Source: Candidatus Latescibacterota bacterium | GTDB taxonomy: Bacteria > Latescibacterota > UBA2968 > GCA-2709665 | Assembly (NCBI GenBank): GCA_965219455.1 | Contig: OZ244744.1 | Span: forward strand, 3,712,001 to 3,776,000 | DNA length: 64,000 bases | Reading direction: 5' to 3' | Part shown: in pieces, positions 59,247-64,000 of the stretch | How the letters are laid out: each line of letters opens with the position of its first letter | How positions within the stretch are numbered: position 1 is the first letter of the stretch | Made by a program: the position numbers and the translations under genes | Notes under the pieces: model-generated | Told to the model about the DNA's origin: nothing | What the model saw: only the letters and a program-made list of their open reading frames with translations | The model's database searches: none

Positions 59247-59945
59247 ATGGAAAATCGGAAAATATTAATCGTAGACCGTGACCCGGAGGTAACGTCGGAA
59301 CTCGCCGGATTCCTGAAAGACGAACCTTATGAAATTGTCACTGCGGGAGACGGACCGAAGGCACTTGAAATGCTCAGAAGAGAAAAGATCGACCTGGCCG
59401 TGGTCGAGGTATGCGTAGAGGATCAGGATGGGATAACGCTTCTGGAGGGCGTGAAGGCAGAGGAAATCCAGGCGTCAGTGCTGCTGGTAACAAGCCTGGG
59501 AACCCTTGAACTGGGAGAAATTGTGCACAAGCCGTTCACCATGAGCGTATTTGACAAGCCGATTGATAGAGATGTATTCCTGGCAAACATCAGAAAATAT
59601 ATGCCATTACAGGACATGTGGAAGCGCCGCCTGGAGTTGTTTCTTGAAGACAACCACAGCAATCCCAACCTGAAATTTGAAGACGTCGTTCGTTATTTCA
59701 GCTTCTCCAAGTCCTACGGGTATGCCTTGTTCCAGAAGCATCTGGGCGAATCATTCAGCCGGAGTCTGCGGAACGTCCGCGTGGTGAAGGCTGAAGAAGC
59801 ACTGAAGAACACCACTGCTTCCATTTCGGAAATCGCTTATCTGTGTGGCTTCGGATCATTATCGACCTTCAGCAAGGTTTTCAAAGAGAAGTATGGAAAC
59901 AGCCCGACCAAATATCGCAGAAACTGGAAACTGGGACAAGTTTAG
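59247..59945 (+). CDS. receiver-domain + AraC HTH response regulator (atypical, Asp to Glu), paralog
   Basis: Same length and motifs as 58372-59070; shared C-terminus YRRNWKLGQ. Confidence 0.92.
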   Translation: MENRKILIVDRDPEVTSELAGFLKDEPYEIVTAGDGPKALEMLRREKIDLAVVEVCVEDQDGITLLEGVKAEEIQASVLLVTSLGTLELGEIVHKPFTMSVFDKPIDRDVFLANIRKYMPLQDMWKRRLELFLEDNHSNPNLKFEDVVRYFSFSKSYGYALFQKHLGESFSRSLRNVRVVKAEEALKNTTASISEIAYLCGFGSLSTFSKVFKEKYGNSPTKYRRNWKLGQV

Positions 59946-60776
59946 AACGTCCGGACAAACCTTCTTGCTTGACACCACCCTGGATACACGCGTTATTCTA
60001 CGGACGAATCGTCAATATTAGGCAAGTTGCCCTTCAGACACCGTTCAGGCTGATTACAGTTTTCACCTCTTTTCGTCGTTGGCTGATCGCTTCAGTGAAT
60101 TCAAGCCGGTCGGGACATGATTCGGTTTGAAGAATTCGAGAGAAAGGAGATTAAGTACCAGGTCAACCATACTATGTTTCACGACTTTGAGTCATTGGAC
60201 GGCTGAAGCCGCTCTGTCTTCATCTTGAGACATCGCTGAAACCGGAATCCAAATATGGATACCGCTATTCTCCTCTCGTTCGCTCACGTTTGGCGCGCCG
60301 GGGCGGATAGCAAATACTGGCGTTTGTCCATGGGTTTCGCGCTGGTTGTCGCAGGCGAATGGGAGGGAAACGACATGGTACTCTTGCAAATGGCCACGAG
60401 GCCGGTGCTGACTTCGGCATCTGCCCCGGAGACCGCGTCGAGTGGACAGACGCGACACGCGACCGAGGAAAATCGCACCAAGCCTCTCAACGTAGATTTC
60501 CCACTCCCGCCTTCCTTCCCGTTTCTCTCTCTCGGCGTGACAGAAACGCCGGGGCCGCCCTTCCACGTTTTCCCATGGTCTCTTCCATCAAAGTTCGACA
60601 GCCTGTCACTTGCTCCGGATCTGGTTGAGGGCAAAAACGATCGAACTGTCCAATTCGCACGAAACGAAACGACTGTGCGCGGGCCGATTACCGATGGTTG
60701 CCGCGGACGCGTACCGGTGGGACTCAGGGGCTCCTGTTCACCCGCTTGCTTTCTCTGTTCGCGTAACTGAACGGAA

Positions 60777-62963
60777 TTGCGAGTCTTGTTTTGGAGTGAT
60801 TCGGTTATGTCATCGATAATGTGCTTGTTAATTACATCCATTGCAGTCCTGGCCCCTGCAGTTCCGGTATCCGCCGGCGCAAATGCGTACGCCGAAAGGA
60901 TTCTGGAGCTCGATGCCGGCGTCACATTGGGTGGCGGGACGAGTGGCGAAGCCTCGACGAGCGTAGGTTCGCCGGAGGACACAACCATTGCCGCGGCCAA
61001 ACTTCCATTGGAAGGTAATATTTCGCATAACACCGCCCCGTCGCCCGACTTCGATGGTGACGGTACGGTCGGTTTCAGCGATTTTCTGGCGTTCGCGAGC
61101 GTGTTCGGCTCGCGCCAGGGCGATGGAAATTACGATGCCAGGTATGACCTCAACAGCGACGGAGGGATCGGGTTTCCGGACTTTCTGATCTTTGCGCAGA
61201 GCTTCGGCGGCGCCCCGCCGTCATCGGGCGGGGGGGATGGCGAAACAGTGGTTGACATTCGGGATGCGAACCTGCGTGCGGTCATTGCGGACAGTCTCGG
61301 CAAGGCGTTAGGTGTGTCGATCACCCAGGCAGAGATGGCGTCCTTAACTCGTCTCGATGCATCGAACAAGAACATCCATGATCTGACCGGGCTTGAGTAC
61401 GCAGTCAACCTGACAGAGTTGGACCTTGGTGTAACGGAAGAGGAATTGTGGGAGGTGGACATCAATGAGATATTCGAGGAGATATTCGAGATATTAGACA
61501 ATTACTCGCAACACGTAAACGATTTAATAGAACTATTGCTTAACGTTCTTAACTCTCTTTCCTTCGACTCTTCTGTCAACCGCATATCGGACGTGACGCC
61601 GCTATCCAACCTGACCAATCTGGAAGTCCTGAATCTATCCTACAACCGCATATCGGACGTGACGCCGCTATCCAACCTGACCAATCTGGAAGTCCTGAAT
61701 CTATCCTACAACCTCATATCGGACGTGACGCCGCTATCCAACCTGACCAATCTGGAAGTCCTGGTTCTATCCTACAACGGCATATCGGATGCGACGCCGC
61801 TATCTAATCTAACCAGGTTGAGAATCCTGGTTCTTTCCGACAACCTCATATCGGACGTGACGCCGCTATCCAACCTGACCCGTCTGGAATTTCTGGATCT
61901 TTCCGACAACCTCATATCGAATGCGACGCCGCTATCCAACCTGACCAACCTGACCAATCTGGCATGGCTGGAACTTTCCGAAAACAGCATATCGGACGTG
62001 ACGCCGCTATCCAACCTGACCATGTTAAGAGTTCTGGGTCTTTCCGAAAACAGCATATCGGACGTGACGCCGCTATCCAACCTGACCAATCTGGCATGGC
62101 TGAATCTATCCTACAACCCCATACCGGACGTGACGCCGCTATCCAACCTGACCAATCTGGAAGTCCTGGTTCTATCCTACAACGGCATATCGGATGCGAC
62201 GCCGCTATCCAACCTGACCAACCTGGCACAGCTGGGTCTTTCCGAAAACAGCATATCGGACGTGACGCCGCTATCTAATCTAACCAGGTTGAGAATCCTG
62301 GAGCTTTCCGAAAACAGCATATCGGATGCGACGCCGCTATCCAACCTGACCAACCTGGCACAGCTGGGTCTTTCCGAAAACAGCATATCGGACGTGACGC
62401 CGCTATCCAACCTGACCAATCTGGCATGGCTGGAGCTTTCCGAAAACAGCATATCAAATGTGACGCCGCTATCCAACCTGACCAACCTGGCATGGCTGGG
62501 TCTTTCCGAAAACAGCATATCGGACGTGACGCCGCTATCCAACCTGACCAATCTGGCATGGCTGGAGCTTTCCGAAAACAGCATATCGGATGCGACGTCG
62601 CTATCCAACCTGACCAATCTGGCATGGCTGGAGCTTTCCGAAAACAGCATATCAGACCTCGCGCCGCTGGTTGCAAATACGGGATTGGGTGAAGGGGATC
62701 GGGTTGACGTTGAAAACAACCCCCTGAGCGCCACGTCGATCAACGTGCATATCCCGGCCCTTGAGAGCAGAGGCGTATACGTCTCGTTTGGCGCGTCCAA
62801 GTTGGCGGTAAGCAAGAAGAAACGGGATCTGCACCGTGCGATTACGTGGAGATTCACGGGTACAGGGGCGGAAGCCGGGGGTTTCACGTATCCTGCAGGC
62901 ATTGAGGACAGGAAGGAGGTTTTCAGCCGAAAGCTGCGCCCGTTGACCGGAGTTGGGAAGTGA
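60777..62963 (+). CDS. internalin-like leucine-rich-repeat protein with dockerin/EF-hand-like domain
   Basis: Hydrophobic N-terminus (start may be 60807 or 60819); PDFDGDGTVGFSDF..DLNSDGGIGFPDF; IRDANLRAVI cap; 22-aa LRRs. Confidence 0.92.
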   Translation: MRVLFWSDSVMSSIMCLLITSIAVLAPAVPVSAGANAYAERILELDAGVTLGGGTSGEASTSVGSPEDTTIAAAKLPLEGNISHNTAPSPDFDGDGTVGFSDFLAFASVFGSRQGDGNYDARYDLNSDGGIGFPDFLIFAQSFGGAPPSSGGGDGETVVDIRDANLRAVIADSLGKALGVSITQAEMASLTRLDASNKNIHDLTGLEYAVNLTELDLGVTEEELWEVDINEIFEEIFEILDNYSQHVNDLIELLLNVLNSLSFDSSVNRISDVTPLSNLTNLEVLNLSYNRISDVTPLSNLTNLEVLNLSYNLISDVTPLSNLTNLEVLVLSYNGISDATPLSNLTRLRILVLSDNLISDVTPLSNLTRLEFLDLSDNLISNATPLSNLTNLTNLAWLELSENSISDVTPLSNLTMLRVLGLSENSISDVTPLSNLTNLAWLNLSYNPIPDVTPLSNLTNLEVLVLSYNGISDATPLSNLTNLAQLGLSENSISDVTPLSNLTRLRILELSENSISDATPLSNLTNLAQLGLSENSISDVTPLSNLTNLAWLELSENSISNVTPLSNLTNLAWLGLSENSISDVTPLSNLTNLAWLELSENSISDATSLSNLTNLAWLELSENSISDLAPLVANTGLGEGDRVDVENNPLSATSINVHIPALESRGVYVSFGASKLAVSKKKRDLHRAITWRFTGTGAEAGGFTYPAGIEDRKEVFSRKLRPLTGVGK
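61578..62660 (+). repeat. array of 16 near-identical 66-bp LRR-coding repeats
   Basis: Recurrent CATATCGGA(C/T)G(T/C)GACGCCGCTATCCAACCTGACC; one extra 9-bp AACCTGACC near 61940. Confidence 0.95.
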
Positions 62964-63221
62964 CGAAATCCCAGGCTACAAGAGTCGCTTCATGCTAACC
63001 ATAAATATGGACCACAACGAAAGATGTACGACAACGAAAGCGTGTAACCTGAAGAGTATCCTATGGAGGCAGACCGCATTGACCACGCAGGCAGTGAATC
63101 GGCCCGATAACCGGTTGCTCGCCGACATCCGGAGGGAAAATCGGAAGCAGAATCGGGTATCGCGCCTGCCGGCAGTATTCACCGCGTCACCATACACGTG
63201 ACGTCAAAGAAGGAGGTAGCT

Positions 63222-64000
63222 ATGTGGACTCGTTTGATTTCATCCGTTTGTGCGGCGTTTTTGTTGACAGGAACGGCATTGGCTGGCGACATGACCCGCG
63301 GATTGACCGTTACCGGCGGCCGGAACGCCTATGCAACGCTCAAGCTGGAGCGCGTAAATGACGCCGACGCCGAAGAAGGGATTCTGAAAATGCAGGTCTC
63401 CCTGGGGCAGACCGATGACCTGAAAGGATACGGGTTTTCGCTGCAATACGATCCGGTGAAGTACGAGTTCGTGAATGCCACGGAATTGGAAGGAAACCTG
63501 CTGAAATCCGGTTCCGGCCAGGAGACGCTGTTCCTTTCGTCGAACCGGACGCCGGGCCAGGTGGATATCGGCGCGGTGAAAATCGACGGCCATGGCGCCA
63601 ATGGCGGCGGCACGCTCGTTGAGCTTGTGTTCAGGACGAGCGGCACTCCGGTGTCGTCCGACTTTCAGGTATCGGAAAGCGTGCTGGTGGGCCTGGATGG
63701 CGCCGTCGACATGCTGAACCATGCTGAAATCGGCAATCTGAAGCCATTGCCGGATCGATTTAATCTGGATCAGAATATGCCGAACCCGTTCAACCCCTCC
63801 ACCGTGATCGGCTACAATCTACCGGAGGCGGGGCTGGTCAGGCTGGCGATATATAATCTGCTGGGCCAGGAAGTGCGCGTTCTGGTGAATGAACGGAGGG
63901 ATGCCGGATCGTTTTCGGCAACGTGGGACGGGGCGGACGCGTTGGGCAGGCGTGTCGCCAGCGGCATCTATCTGTATCGGATACAGGCGGGCAGTTTCTC
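63222..64000 (+). CDS. secreted cohesin-like domain + T9SS-type/FlgD C-terminal domain protein (3' end outside window; absent from ORF track)
   Basis: SD AAGGAGG; MWTRLISSVCAAFLLTGTALA signal; DLKGYGFSLQYDPVKYEFV..GGGTLVELVF (cohesin-like); LDQNMPNPFNPSTVIGY..IYNLLGQEVR..WDG..SGIYLYRI. Confidence 0.88.
   Translation, partial: MWTRLISSVCAAFLLTGTALAGDMTRGLTVTGGRNAYATLKLERVNDADAEEGILKMQVSLGQTDDLKGYGFSLQYDPVKYEFVNATELEGNLLKSGSGQETLFLSSNRTPGQVDIGAVKIDGHGANGGGTLVELVFRTSGTPVSSDFQVSESVLVGLDGAVDMLNHAEIGNLKPLPDRFNLDQNMPNPFNPSTVIGYNLPEAGLVRLAIYNLLGQEVRVLVNERRDAGSFSATWDGADALGRRVASGIYLYRIQAGSF

Larger units (their letters stand above)
56770..59975 (+). repeat. diverged tandem triplication of an upstream region plus response-regulator unit
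   Basis: 56770-57508 aligns to 57708-58447 at an offset of 938-939 bp; the last ~110 nt of the leader and the gene recur from about 59136. Confidence 0.85.

Noticed and set aside
60192-61033. ORFs 60255-60770 (+), 60192-60566 (-) and 60284-61033 (-)
   Set aside because: No motifs, no clear SD, and they overlap each other; I cannot tell them from non-coding or decayed sequence.
61578-62660. 66-bp periodic repeats resembling a CRISPR array
   Set aside because: The repeats are in frame in an LRR gene, the variable parts recur instead of being unique spacers, and there are no cas genes.

Overview
GC-rich bacterial chromosomal segment. The gene content suggests an FCB-superphylum organism, probably Latescibacterota-like and possibly a sponge-type symbiont; this is an inference from the short RpoD, the T9SS-type C-terminal domains, the PVM-like microcompartment and the dockerin-tagged repeat proteins. 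From left to right: (1) three tandem WD40 proteins, each with a C-terminal dockerin/EF-hand-like tag, then a cadherin-like beta-sandwich protein; (2) a carbohydrate-catabolism block (two NodB-like proteins, two amidohydrolases, AraD1/GguC, heparinase II/III); (3) envelope and housekeeping genes (PpiD/SurA, M23 peptidase, rhomboid, DUF2723 GT-C, sigma-70, DegP); (4) a PVM-like bacterial microcompartment locus interrupted by non-BMC genes; (5) a divergent surface-glycan operon (wzi, wzy/waaL, glycosyltransferases, DegT, wecA, wzx, sulfotransferase, epimerase, GT-C) ending in a 1921-aa PorU-like C25 peptidase; (6) a tandem triplication of an Asp-to-Glu receiver-AraC regulator unit; (7) a dockerin-tagged LRR protein with shuffled repeats, followed by a cohesin + CTD protein cut off by the window end. 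Three MITE-like elements sit exactly at stop codons. The best candidate for an undescribed system is cohesin-dockerin display of WD40/LRR proteins, anchored through a T9SS-like sortase to a sulfated surface glycan. No rRNA, tRNA, CRISPR array or transposase was seen. All product calls come from reading motifs by eye; no database search was run.
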